The notes beneath the pieces were generated by a model. That model saw only the letters and a list, made by a program, of their open reading frames with translations, made no database searches and was not told the origin of the DNA. This document shows positions 21,520-34,800 of a stretch of DNA of 64,000 nucleotides, one piece after another (the stretch's first letter is position 1; each line of letters starts with the position of its first letter). Both the position numbers and the translations under genes were made by a program. The stretch spans positions 32,001 through 96,000 of the forward strand of contig JBBRLX010000011.1 of the NCBI GenBank assembly GCA_038231135.1. The letters are read 5' to 3'. The DNA is from Candidatus Eiseniibacteriota bacterium (GTDB taxonomy: Bacteria > Eisenbacteria > RBG-16-71-46).

Positions 21520-22869
21520 TCAGGGGGTTTGCGGGACCTTGTGGCTCGCGGGCTTCGCGGGCACGCCCTTGCCGGCGGGCCGGGTGCTCGACGCGGTGGC
21601 CGGGCCCCGAACATGGCCGGTGGCGGCCGGCTTCGCGTGCAGCCGCCGCGGCCCCACCGCCTGCAACGACGTCCGGACTCCCGACCGGCGCAGGCCGGGC
21701 TTCGCCGGATGCCGGACGGGCACCGGGACCGGTCGGTCGGCTTCGAGCTGGATGTCGCCCTCCTGGTGCGTGGCCTTGATGTCGCGGCCGTCGGGGTCGA
21801 CGAACACCATCTCGACGCGGCGGTTGAGCGCGAAGCCGCGCTTCGAGTCCTCGACGGCGACGAGGTCGTCCTTGCCCTTGTACGAGATGCCGAGCCGCGT
21901 GGAATCGATGCCGAGCGCCACGAACACGTCGCGCACCGCGGTCACCCGGCGGCGCGACAGGTCGAGGTTGTAGGCCGCGTTGCCGCGCGAGTCGGTATGG
22001 CCTTCGAGGCGGGCCGTAATGGACGGGTACTTGTCGAGCAGTGCCGCGATGCCGTCGATCACCTGCAGCGACACCGGCGTGACCTCCGCCATGCGCAGCG
22101 CGAAGTGGACGTTGCGCGGGATCCTGAGCTCCTCGACCGTCGGGATCGCCATGTGCGGAACGGGCACGGGCTCGGACACGGCGATCGGAATCGGCACGGG
22201 CTCGGTGCGCCGCACCGCGAGCAGCGGCGGACCGCAGGTCTCGACGAGCCGGCTCGCCGCGTGGGCGAGCTCGCGGGCCCGGGCCAGATGGGGTGAGCTC
22301 TTGCAGTCGCCCAGGTCGAGCTGCTCATTGCCGGCCCACGCGAGCTCGGTCTCGAGTTGCGCGAGCTGGTCGGCGGCGCACAGGAAGCCGGGGTCGCGTT
22401 TCATGCGCTCCAGCTCCACGTACAGCGAGTCGTCCACGCGCAGCGAGCCCCGGGGGGGCGCCGCGCTCGGAACCGTTTCGAAGCTGACGGGACTCGCGCC
22501 CGACGCGATCTGACCGACCAGTGAGACCGCGCGCGTGAACGCCGCCTGCGGGAAGCCCGTAGCGTCACCGTCCTGGTACTCGGCGCGCGCCACGTTCAGC
22601 CACGCGCGGGCGGCGGCGGCGCGCCATAGATCCGTGGTGGCGCCGGGCAGCGAATCGAGCCGCGCCTGCCACGCGTCCATGGCCGCGAGATCCCCGGTCA
22701 CCGCCTCGTCGCTGGTCTGCGCGGCGAGCGAGTGCAGCGCCCGCGGCAACTCACTCGCCGTGGCGGTTCCGGCGCCTCCGGACGCGCACGCCCACAGGAC
22801 GGCGATCAGCCACGCCGGCCGGAGACGCGCGAACGACAGGCGATTGCCGGGCTGCGGGGTACGATTCAT
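21520..22869 (-). CDS. OmpA-family peptidoglycan-binding protein with a helical N-terminal domain
   Basis: NVHFA, LEGHTDSRG, YNLDLSRRR, NRRVE; signal-like N-terminus; TGATG overlap with the giant gene. Confidence 0.85.
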   Translation of the reverse strand: MNRTPQPGNRLSFARLRPAWLIAVLWACASGGAGTATASELPRALHSLAAQTSDEAVTGDLAAMDAWQARLDSLPGATTDLWRAAAARAWLNVARAEYQDGDATGFPQAAFTRAVSLVGQIASGASPVSFETVPSAAPPRGSLRVDDSLYVELERMKRDPGFLCAADQLAQLETELAWAGNEQLDLGDCKSSPHLARARELAHAASRLVETCGPPLLAVRRTEPVPIPIAVSEPVPVPHMAIPTVEELRIPRNVHFALRMAEVTPVSLQVIDGIAALLDKYPSITARLEGHTDSRGNAAYNLDLSRRRVTAVRDVFVALGIDSTRLGISYKGKDDLVAVEDSKRGFALNRRVEMVFVDPDGRDIKATHQEGDIQLEADRPVPVPVRHPAKPGLRRSGVRTSLQAVGPRRLHAKPAATGHVRGPATASSTRPAGKGVPAKPASHKVPQTP

Positions 22870-25800
22870 CACCGGGCTCCTTGCGGCGGCGTGCGATCGA
22901 ACAGGGTCTCGTCCACCTTGAACCCGAGGTTGAGATAGGGACCCCGGTCGGTGTGCTCGGTGCCCGACAGGTCGTTGTCGTGGAAGCCGAACGCGTTCCA
23001 GCCCGCGGCAAGCCGCAGGTTCTTCATCATGATCCACCCGGCTTCGGCGCCGAGTCCCATGGTCCTCGAACCCGACGCCAGGCCGCGCGCGTTCAGGCCC
23101 AAGTCGAAGCTCCGGCCGAGATCCACCATCAGGCGGCCGGCGCCGAGTTGTGCCGCCGTGCTGCTCCCGAGCCCGTTGCCATCGTCGTGCGCCCACTTGG
23201 CCGCGACCTGACCCGACACGGTCCAGATCCCGAACTGATGCGTGTTCGCGTTCATCGACACGATGTTCGCCACCCGCCGGGAGTATTCCGGCGCCCCGAG
23301 TTTCTGGAGCTTGTTCTCGTAGCGCGCGAGTCCGTTCCACGCGTTGCGATCGGTCTGGCGCCACGCGACGCCGATCTGGCTGCGGGCGTCGATGCTCTGC
23401 TGGTCCGGCACCAGCATCCACAGCGTGCGGCCCAGCGCCGACCAGTCGCGGTTCAGCTTGCGCGTGAACCCGGCGCTGGCGAGCCAGCGCTCGAGCGTGG
23501 ATTCGCGGCGGAACTCCAGCCGGCCGGTCGCGTGCGTCGAAGGATCGCGGGCGTATTCGACGCCGCCGGCCACGGACGTCGCCGCGCCGAGCCCGCCACG
23601 CAGGATCGTCACACGCTCGAACGCCGCGTCCACCCGGATGCCGCGCGCCACCGTCCAGCGATCGCGCAGGCCGATCGCGGCCTGGGCCTCGCGGCCGGCG
23701 AACGCGTCGCGCATGCGGTATTCGCTGAACACGTGGCGGTCGCCGGCGTCGTCGTCGGTGACGCCGATGACGGTGCTCGCCAGCTGCTGATCGGTATTGA
23801 GCGCGAACGGTCCCGCGAACGACGCGATGTTCTCGTGCCGCGCATAGAGCCGGATGTGCGGGATCACCCGGGCGTCGCCGCCGAACGCGTAGCGGCGCTG
23901 CAGCGTCTGGTCCAGGTCCTGCTCGAATTCGCCGAACACGGTGACCCGGCGCCGCGCGAGCAGCGCGGCCTCGAGCCGGCCGCGCACGCTCGACGTCTTG
24001 AGCGGCCCGAGGCCCTGCGTCGCGGGGGTGGCACCCAGCGAATCCTCCTTCGCCCAGCGGTACGCGACCTCGGCAGTGATGCGATCCGCGATGCCCTGGC
24101 GCAGTCCGGCTTCGAAGCCGTCGCGGCGGGCACTCGTCACCAGGTCCTCGGAGCGCAGCGCCGTGAGGAACACCGAGGTGCTGCGATCGCTGCCGGCGCG
24201 CGCCGTGAGGCCCAGCTCCTGGCGGCCGGGGTAGGCGCCGGACGACGGGTTCTCGAACCCGGTGCTCACCCGGAGGCCGTGGGCGCGGGCGTGCAGCCAC
24301 GAGCGGTCGAGCACCAGCTCGGCGCGCGCGGCTTCGCCGCTGCGATCGCCGCCGCCGATGCCGGTGCCGCCGCTGTCGCTGCGCGCGAACTCGCCCGTCA
24401 GCTGCAGGCCCGTGGCCAGCTCGAACGACGCGTCCGCGCTCGCGAGCGCACGCGGCGCCAGCGGATCCTCGTCACGCGACGCCGATGCGCCGACCGACAG
24501 GCGGCGGGTGGCGCGGACGCGCGCCTCGGCGCCATAGACCCAGAACTTGTCGGTGCCCGTTTCGACTTCGTAGGTGGCGCGGATCGACACCGGATTGAGA
24601 TCGGCGTCGAGGCTCGGCACCGGGCGGCGGAACAGCAGCCGGCCGGTGAACGGCTCGAGCGTGTAGTCGACGTAGCGGAGCTGCGGCTCGCTGTGCAGGA
24701 TCCGCGCCGGCTGATTGCGGTCGCGGGTCAGAAGCTCCACGGTTTCGCTGCCGAGCGTGCCGTCGTTGCGCGTCAGCACGTAGGGACCCGACACGCCCTG
24801 GCCCGGGAACTCGTCCACGACCTGGTGCTGGCGGCCCTCGGCGGCGAAGCCCTGGACCGCGAGCGGTCCGGCCACGGCCTGCGCGATGCCGCCGTTGAGC
24901 GACCGGGTGAACGCGCCGAGCAGCCGGCCCGGCGACGACGGCGTCGTGAAGTCGCCGTACATGCCGAACGACGCGCCGCGATCGATGCGGAGGTAGAGCG
25001 GCGTCGTGGACTGGGCCTCCCAGCCGTGCACCGAAGCGTCGCCGAGCGCGTCGTAGCCGCGATCGGGGTCGAGATCGCGGAACAGCCGGCGTCCCGGCCG
25101 CTGCTCGCTGTCGTAGCGCAGCGTGAACTGCGCGTCGCCGCCGAGCGAGCCGGTCGCGAACAGGGCGCCGCGGGCGGTGCCGGTCTGACGGCCGTCGGTC
25201 GATTCGTAGGACAGCGCGGTGATGGGATCACCGAAGCCGTCGCGGCCGCCATACACGGACGTGCCGGACGTCGAATGCAGCGCGATGCCGGCGTCGATGA
25301 CTCCCAGCACCAGCAGCGAACGCCCGCGCGGGCGGTCCGCCGTCGCCGCGCCGCCGTGGCCGAGGCCGGGGTCGGCGGGATCGCGCAGCTCGCCGCGGGC
25401 GCGGCGCGCCAGCACGGCGTTGTGCACCGCGTCCGAATGCGACGCCTCGACGAAGTCCGCCCGGTGCAGCTCGCCCTTCACGACGTCCGCGAACTGGCTG
25501 AGGCCGTCGTGCGCGTGCCGCACGCTGGACGCGATCATGCGCGACCCCAGCGGCAGCGTGGACGCATCGATGCGCACCACGTGCAGCCGCGGCCGCACGT
25601 GGTTGAACGAATACTTGCCCTCGACGTCGGTGATCGCGAACGAGCCGTCCTCGAGGTACACGCGCACGCCCGGGATGCCCGGCTCCTCCGGACCCTGCAC
25701 GCGATTCGAATCGCAGTCGCACTCGGTGTAGATCTTGCCCGCGATGATGCCCTCGTCGTCGAACACGCCGCCCTGCACCTCGATGCGGGCCGCCGCGGTG

Positions 25801-28800
25801 TTCGAGGTGGCGACGATGCCGGCTCCGCCCGAGCCCGAGGCCTGGGCGAGATTGACGCCGGTGCCGAGCTCGGCGCCCGCGCCCACCAGGACGCGATAGG
25901 TCACGACGTCGGTCGAGCCGGCAGTCAGCGTGCCGAGCGCGAATGCCAGCGTGGGGCCGGGCGCTCCCACCGGGTCCGCCACCGGCAGGCCGTTCACGCG
26001 CGCGGTGCCGCCCTGGTAGTGGAGACCCTGCGGGAGCCGGTCGGACACGGTCGTGCCGGTCAGCGGGCCGGCGCCGACGTTGCGCACCGTGACCGCATAG
26101 TCGACCACGCCGCCGATCTCGACGCGCGCCGGCTGGGCGGTCTTGGACACCGTGAGCACGCCGAGGCCCGCGACGCCGACCAGGTCCGAGTCGCGGTCGT
26201 TCCCGCCGTCCGGATCGCCCGGCGTGGCGGCGACCGCGGAGTTCGTGACCGTCGGCACCGCCAAAGGCCCGATCGCGACGACGATGGTGAACTGCGAGCT
26301 GTCGCCGGCCGCAATCGTGCCGCCGAACGTCGCGGTCACGACGTTGCCGATGTTCGCGAACGACCAGCCGCCGGTCACGTCGCCCGACACGAATGTGAGT
26401 CCCGCGGGCAGCGAGTCGCGAACCGTGGTGGCGCCGGTGGTCGCCGCGGTGCCCAGATTCCGCAGGACGAACCGGTAGGTGCCGGTGCTGCCCACGCTGA
26501 AGCCGCCCTCATGGCGCTTGTCGAGGGCGAGATCGGGCAGCCCGTTTACGAGCGTGGGATCGTGCGACACGTCGTCGAGCGGATTCGACTCGCCCGCGGT
26601 GATCGCGACGGCGGAGTTCGTCACCGCCGGCAGCGCGGCCGCGCCCACGGCGACCGTGAGCGTGAACGCGAGCGAATCGGTCGGGGCGTTGCCGAGCGGC
26701 CCCGGATGGGTCGCCGTGACGACGGCGCCCAGCACCGAGAAGTTCCAGCCGGCGCCGAGCGCGCCGACGTAGGTCAGCCCCGCGGGCAGCGTGTCGAGCA
26801 CGGTGATCGTGCCGAACGTCGCGGCGGTGCCGTGATTGCGCACCACCAGCGAATACGTGCCGTTGCTGCCGATCGTGAACGCCAGGGCGTGGCTCTTGCG
26901 CAGCGCGAGGTCCGGGATGCCGCCGATCGCAGTGGGATCGGCGTCGCCGTTGTTTGCCGCGTTCCACTCGTTCGGCGTGGCGACGCTGGCGGTGTTGATC
27001 ACGCCCGGCACCGACGCCGGTCCAGCGTGGGCGGTGAGCGTGAACGTGACGCTGTCGCCCACGGCGAGCGGGCCGGGATTCGTTGCCGTGACGACCTGGC
27101 CGTTCGTGGCGAAGCTGAACCCCGCGCCCGCGCCGCCGACGTACGTGATGCCGGTGGGCAGCGAGTCGACGACCGTGATCGCCCCCGACGTCGCGGCGAA
27201 GCCGGCGTTCGTGACCACGAACGTCCAGGTGCCGTTCTGGCCGTCGGCGAACGCAGTGGTGTGGCGTTTGTCGAGCACCAGGTCGGGCAGTCCGAGCACG
27301 ACCGTGGGATCCACGTCGCGGTCGTCCGCCGGATTCGGATCGCCCGCGGTGCGGACGGTGGCGGCGTTGATCGCGAGCGGCACCGCGGCGGGAGCGACGG
27401 CCGTCACCATTGTGAACGTGGCGCTGTCGGCGGCGGCGATCGGCGCGGCGTGCGTCGCGGTGACCACGCCGGCCGCCACGGCGAACGTCCAGCCCGCGCC
27501 GTTGCCGCTCGCAAACGTCAGCCCCACGGGCAGCGTGTCCGTCACCGTGGTCGCGGCGAAGGTCGCGGCGGTGCCCAGGTTGGCGACCGCGAACGTGTAG
27601 CTGCCGGGCTGGCCGATCGTGAACGGCGCCGCGTGACGCTTGTCGAGCGCGAGCTCCGGCACGCCGCCAACCAGCGCGACGTCGGAATCGCGGTTGTTGG
27701 ACGGCTCGACATCGTTCGTCGCCTGCACGGTCGCGGAGTTCAGCACCGCGGGCACGGCGGCCGCGCTCAGGTTCACGGTGAGGTCGAACCGCGCGCTGTC
27801 GCCGGGCGCGATCGGCAGCGGATAGGTCGCGGTGACGACGTTGCCGTTGATGCCGAACGACCAGTTCGCGCCGGCGCCCGACAGGTACGAAGTGCCCGGG
27901 GGCAGTGTGTCGGTCACCGTGATCACGTTGATGGAGGCGAGGCTGCCCACGTTCGTCGCGACCAGCGTCCAGGTGCCGGTGCCCGAGTCCGTGAATGGCC
28001 CGGTGTGGCGCTTGTCGAGCGCCAGATCGATCACGCCGTTCACGGCCGTGCTGTCCGAGTCCTGGTCGTTCGACGGATCGAGGTCGTTGGCTCCGACCAG
28101 GCGCGCGGTGTTCACCACACCCGGCACCGCCGCGGCGTCCGCCGTCACGTGCAGCGTGAACTTCGAACTGTCGCCCGCGGCGATCGGGCCCGGATTCGTG
28201 GCGGTGACGACCTGGCCGGACGCGGAGAAGTTCCAGCCCGCGCCCAGTCCCGAGACGAACGTGATGCCCAACGGCAGCGAATCGACGACGGTGATCGTGC
28301 CCGCGCTGGCGCCGGTGCCGAGGTTCGTCACCACGAGCGTCCACTTGCCGGGCTGTCGGTCGGCGAAGTCGGCGGAATGCCGCTTGTCGATCGTGAGGTC
28401 GGCGACGCCGGTGACGGCGGTGGAATCGGTGTCGGTGTCGCTGGCGGGATCGGTGTCGCCCGCGGTGCTCGCGTGCGCCGTGTTCACGACGCCGGGGAAC
28501 GCGGCGGCCGCGACGGACGCCGTCACCGTGAACTTCGCGCTGTCGCCGGCGGCGATCAGGCCCGCATGCGTCGCGGTCAGCACGGACCCCGCGGTGCCGA
28601 ATCCCCAGCCCGCTCCCGCCGCCGACACGAACGTGACGCCCGCCGGCAGCGTGTCCACGACCGCGACGGGGCCGGTGGTGGCGCCGGTGCCGGCGTTCAC
28701 GATCGCGAGCGTCCACGTGCCGGTCTGACCCACGACGAACGGCGCGGTGTGGCGTTTGTCGAGCACCAGGTCGGGCAGGCCGGTGACGGGCGCCAGATCC

Positions 28801-31800
28801 TGATCGCGGTTGTCGGCAGGATCGGTGTCGCTGCCGCCCGTGAGCGTGGCTGCATTCGTGACCAGAGGCACGGCGGCCGCGCCGACTGCGACCGTGATCG
28901 TGAAGCTCGTGCTGTCGTACGCCGGAATCGCGGCGGCGTAGGTGCCGGTCACCACGTTGCCGGCGACGGCGAAGCTCCAGCCGGTGCCCGACGCGGCGAC
29001 GAACGTGAGCCCCGCGGGCAGCGTGTCGGTGACCGTCACCGCCCCCACCGACGGGCCGTGCGTGACGTTCTGCACGATCAGCGCGTACGTGGCGTTCTGG
29101 CCCTGCTGGAACACGGTCGTGTGGCGCTTGTCGAGCGTCAGGTCGGGCACGTTGCGCACCGGGGTCGGGTCCACGCCGCGATCGTTGCTGCCGTCGAGAT
29201 CGCCGGGAATCTGCACCACGGCCGAGTTCGTCACGCCCGGGAACGCCGGGAACGCCACGTTCACCGTGATCGTGAAGTTCGAGCTGTCGCCGGCCGCGAT
29301 CGTGCCGGCGAGCGTGGCGGTGACGATCTGCCCGCTGGCGGAGAAGCTCCAGCCCGCGCCCGCGCCGCTCGCGAACGCGAGTCCGGCGGGCAGCGTGTCG
29401 ACCACGGTCACCGTGGCGGCGGTGACCGACGTCCCGATGTTGTGGATGACCAACGTGTAGGTGCCCGGCAGCCCGACCTCGAACGTGGTGGTGTGGCGCT
29501 TCTCGAGCATCAGGTCCGACACGCCCGCCACCGGAGTGACGTCCGAGTCGCCGTTGTTCGCCGGGTCGAGATCGCCCGGGGTCGCGACGCTCGCCGAGTT
29601 CGTGACGCCGGGCACCGCCGCGGCGCCGACGGCCACCGTGATCGTGAAGCTCGCGCTGTCACCGGCCGCGATCGGTGCGGCGAAGCCGGCGGTGACGGTC
29701 TGACCCGCCGCGCCGACCGCCCAGCCCGCGCCCGCGCCGGAGACGAACGTCACGCCGGCCGGCAGCACGTCGGTGACGGTGGCGGGGCCGGTGGTGGCGC
29801 CGGTGCCGGCGTTGTGGACCACGATCGTCCAGGTGCCGTTCTGGCCGTGGACGAACAATGCCGTGTGGCGCTTGTCGAGCGTCAGGTCCGGCACGCTGCC
29901 GACCGTCGTGGAATCCGTTGCGCCGTTGTTCCCCGAGCCGAGGTCGCCCGGCGTCGAGACCACCGCGGTGTTGACCACGCCGGGAACCGCCGCGGCGCCG
30001 GCGAGCGCGGTCAGCGTGAAGCTCGCGCTGTCCTGGGCGGCGATCGGTCCGGCGAATGTGGCGGTGACGACCTGGCCGTTCGGAACGAACGACCAGCCCG
30101 CCCCGGCGGCACTTACATAGGTGATTCCGGCGGGCAGCGAGTCCACGACCGTGGTGGCGCCGGACGTGGCGGCGGTGCCGGTGTTCGTCACCACCAGGGT
30201 CCACGTGCCGGGCTGGCCGTGGACGAAGCTCGCCGTGTGGCGCTTGGCGAGCGCGACGTCGGGAGTGCCGGCGACCGGCGTGAAATCGGAGTCGTAGCCG
30301 TCCCGGGGGTCGAGCTCGCCGGGCGTGGTGGCGTGGGCGAGGTTGATCACGGAGGGCACGGCGGCGGCGCCGGCGAGCGCGGTCAGCGTGAAGCTCGAGC
30401 TGTCCTGTACCGCGATCGGTCCCGCGAACGTGGCGGTGACGACCGTGCCGTTCTGGACGAACGACCAGCCCGCGCCGGCGGCACTCACGTAGCTGATGCC
30501 GGGAGGCAGCGAATCGACCACCGTGGTGGCGCCCGCGGTGGCGGCGGTGCCGCGGTTCGTCACCACGAACGTCCAGGTGCCGTTCTGCCCGTGCACGAAG
30601 TTCGCGGTGTGGCGCTTGTCGAGGTAGACGTCGGGCACGCCCAGCACCGTCGTGGGGTCGGTGTCGCGGTCGTTGCCGGAGTCGAGGTCGCCGGGCGTGG
30701 ATGCCGCGGCCGAGTTGATGACGCCCGGGACGGCGGCGGCGCCGGCGGCGGCCAGGATCGTGAACGTCGAGCTGTCACCCGCCGCGATCGGTACGGCGAA
30801 CGTGGCGGTGACGACCTGGCCGTTCAGGACGAACGACCAGCCCGCGCCGGCGGCACTCCCATAGGTGATGCCCAAGGGCAGCGTGTCGACCACGGTCGTG
30901 GCGCCCGCGGTGGGTCCGGACCCGATGTTGCGCACCGCCAGCGTCCACGTGCCGGTCTGGCCGTGGATGAAGTTCGCGGTGTGGCGCTTGTCGAGCGTGA
31001 CGTCGGGCGTGCCGGCCACCGGCGTGACGTCGGAGTCGGAGCCGTTGGTGGCGTCGAGCTCGCCGGGCGTGGTGGCGTGGGCGGTGTTCGTCACACCGGG
31101 CACGGCGGCCGCGCCGGCGAGTGCCGTGATCGTGAACCGCGAGCTGTCGCCCGCGGCGATCGCGCCGGCGAACGTGGCGGTGACGACCTGGCCGTTCGGG
31201 ACGAACGACCAGCCCGCGCCGGCGGCGCTCACGTAGGTGATCCCCAAGGGCAGCGTATCGACGACGGTGGTCGTGGCTGCGGTGGCCGCGGTGCCGAGGT
31301 TGCGCACCACCAGCGTCCAGGTGCCGGTCTGGCCGTGGATGAAGTTCGCGGTGTGGCGCTTGTCGAGGACGACATCGGGCACGCCCAGTACGGTCGTCGG
31401 GTCGGTGTCGCGGTCGTTGCCGGAGTCGAGATCGCCGGGAGTGGACACCATGGCGGAGTTGACGACGCCCGGCACGGCGGCCGCGCCCACACTCGCCGAG
31501 ATCGTGAACTTCGAGCTGTCGCCCGCCGCGATCGCGCCCGCGAACGTGGCGGTGACGACCTGGCCGTTCGGGACGAACGACCAGCCCGCGCCGGCGGCAC
31601 TCACGTAGCTGATCCCTGAGGGCAGCGTGTCGACGACGGTCGTGGTGGCCGCGGTGGCCCCGGTGCCGAGGTTGCGAACCACCAGTGTCCAGGTGCCGGT
31701 CTGACCGTGGACGAAGTTCGCGGTGTGGCGCTTGTCGAGCGTCAGGTCCGGCACGCCGGTGATCGCGGTCGGATCGACGTCGCGATTGTCGGCCGCGTTC

Positions 31801-34800
31801 ACGTCGCCGGGCGTCGTCACCACCGCCGAGTTCGATACCGACGGGAACGCCGCGGGAGCGATGTTCACGGTCAGCGTGAAGCTCGCGCTATCCCCGGCCG
31901 CGATCGGGCCTGCCGACGTCGCGGTCACGATCGCGCCCGCGGCGCCGAATCCGAAGCCCGCGCCCGCGCCGCTCACGAAGCTCAGTCCCGCGGGCAGCGT
32001 GTCGACCACCGCCACGGCGCCCGTGGTGGCCGCCGACCCGGTGTTGCGGATCACGAACGTGTAGACGCCCGCCTGACCCACGACGAACGGCGTGGTGTGG
32101 CGCTTGTCGAGCGTCAGGTTCACGATGCCCGCGACGCTCGTCGGGTCGCTGGCGATGTTGTTCGACGGGTCGACCTCGCCCGGCGTCGAGACGGTGGCGC
32201 GGTTCGTCACCGCCGGCACCGCGGCGGGGCCGGCCGTGACCGTCAGCGACAGCTTGAGACTGTCGCCCGGCGCGATCGGGCCGGGATGCGTCGCCGTGAC
32301 GATGCCGCCGGCGTTCGCGAAGCTCCAGCCGGCGCCGGCGCCCGACACGTAGCCGAGCCCGGCGGGCAGCGTGTCCAGCACGGTGATCGTGCCGATCGTC
32401 GCCGCGCTGCCCGTGTTGCGCACCACGATCGTATAGCTGCCGTTCTGGCCGTCGGTGAACGCCGCCGTGTGGCGCTTCTGGATCGCGAGGTCCACCACGC
32501 CGCTCACCGCGGTGGAATCCACCGCGCCATTGTTGCCGCTGCCGATGTCGCCCGGCGTCACCACGTGGGCGTGGTTCACCACCCGTGGCACCGCCGACGA
32601 ATCGACGACCACGGACAGGATGAAGCCCAGGCTGTCGCCGGGCACGAGCGGCCCCGGATTCGTCGCGGTGACGACCTTGCCCGCGAGCGAGAAGCTCCAG
32701 CCGGCGCCGTTCAGCGACGAGAACGTGGTGCCCGGCGGCAGCGAGTCGGTCACGGTGATGAGGCCCGTCGTCGCGCCCGAGCCGGCGTTCGTCACCGTCA
32801 GTGTCCAGTTCTCCTCGCGGCGGTCGCGGAACGTGCCGGAGTGCCGCTTCGCGAGCGTCAGGTCGGGCGAGCCGTTCACGGCGGTGATGTCGCTGCCGTA
32901 GTCGTTCGACACGTTGGGATCGAGCGGCGTCGACGCCCACGCCACATTGGTGACCTGCGGCACCGCGGCCGCGGCGGCCGTGACGCCGATCGTGAACTGC
33001 AGGCTGTCGCCGATCGCGAGTGGCGCGACATGCGTCGCGGTCACGATCTGGCCGGCGTTCGTGAACGTCCACCCGGAGCCGGCCGCAGTCACGTAGGCGA
33101 TGCCTGCGGGCAGCGTGTCGCGCACCGTGATCACGCCCGAGGCGGCGGTGCCGAGGTTGCGCACGCTCAGCGTCCACGTGCCCGGGGAGCCGTCCTGGAA
33201 CGCGACCGCGTGGGTCTTGGTCAGCGCGAGGTCGGGCACCGGCTGTGCGCTCACCGGCACCACGTCCACCGACCGGTTGTTGGCGGCGTTCACGTCGCCC
33301 GCGGCACTCGCGACCGCGGAATTGCTGGCGCTCGGGATCGCCGGCGCCGCGACGTTCACCGTGAGATTGAACAGCAGGCTGTCGCCGGGCGCGATCGGGC
33401 TCGGGTGGGTCATGGTGACGATCTGGCCCGAGACCGCAAAGCCCCAGCCGGCACCCGAGCCGGACGCGTAGGTGAGCCCTGAGGGCAGCGTGTCGACCAC
33501 CGACAGCGTGCCCGTGGTGGGGATGCTGCCGGTGTTCGTGAGCGAGAACAGATACTGACCGGGCGTGGCCACGGTGAACGTGCTGGCGTGCCGCTTGACG
33601 AGCGCCACGTCGACGACGCCGGTGACGGCGGTCAGGTCGCTGGCATCGTCGTTCGCGGGATTGATGTCGCCGGTGGCGGCCACGTTCGCGATATTGGTGA
33701 CGCCGGGAACGGCGCCCGCCCCGACGGCTACCGTGAGCGTGAACTTCGCGCTGTCGCCCGCGGCGATCGGCGTGGACCACGTCGCCGTCAGCTCCGGGCC
33801 TGAGATCGCGAACGACCAGCCGGCGCCGGCGGCGGAGACATAGGAGAGTCCGGCCGGGATCGAGTCGAGCACGGTGACGGCACCCGTCGTCGCGGCGCTG
33901 CCGAGGTTGCGAACCACGAGCGTGTAGACGCCGATGCCGCGGTCAGTGAACGCCGCGGTATGGCGCTTCTGGATCGCGAGATCGACGATGCCGGCGACGG
34001 TGGTGACGTCGCTGCCGCGGTCGCCTGCCGCCACGGAATCGCCCGGTGTCGACACGGTGACGAAATTCGTCACCCCCGGCACCGCGGCCGGGGTGGTGGC
34101 GACCGTCAGCGTGAACAGCGCGCTGTCGCCGGCGGCGATCGGGCCCGGATTCGTCGCGGTGACGATCTGCCCGCTGGTCGCGAAGCTCCAGCCCGGTCCC
34201 GCGCCCGCCACGTAGGTCAGCCCCAGGGGCAGCGTGTCCTTCACCGTGATCGCGCCGAACGTCGCGGCCGTGCCCACGTTCTGCACCACGATCGTATAGA
34301 CGCCGTTCTGGCCGTCGGTGAAGCTGCCGGCGTGGTGCTTGTGCGCCTGCAGATCGGCGAACGTGACGGCGGCGACGTCGGTGGAGCGGTCGTTGGCGGG
34401 CACGAAGTCGAGCGGCGTCGACACCGTCGCCGAGTTCGAGATCGACGCGACCGCCGACTGTCCGACGTGGACCGTGAGCGTGAACCGGCTGCTGTCGCCG
34501 GCGACGATCGGGCCAGGGTTCGTGGCGGTGACGACCTGCCCGACGCGCGCGAAGCTCCAGCCGGCGCCGGCGCCCGCTACATAGGTGAGTCCCAGTGGCA
34601 GCGTGTCGCGCACCGTGATCGCGCCCGACGTCGGCCCCGGGCTCACGTTCGTGACCGACAGCGTGTACGCCGCGTCCTGGCCCGCGACGAACGTGGCGCC
34701 GTGCCGTTTGACGAGCTGCAGCTCCGGAATGCTCGCGACCGGCGTGGGATCGACCGCGCGGTCGTTGGCGGCGAACAGGTCGGCGGGCGTGGTGACCGCA

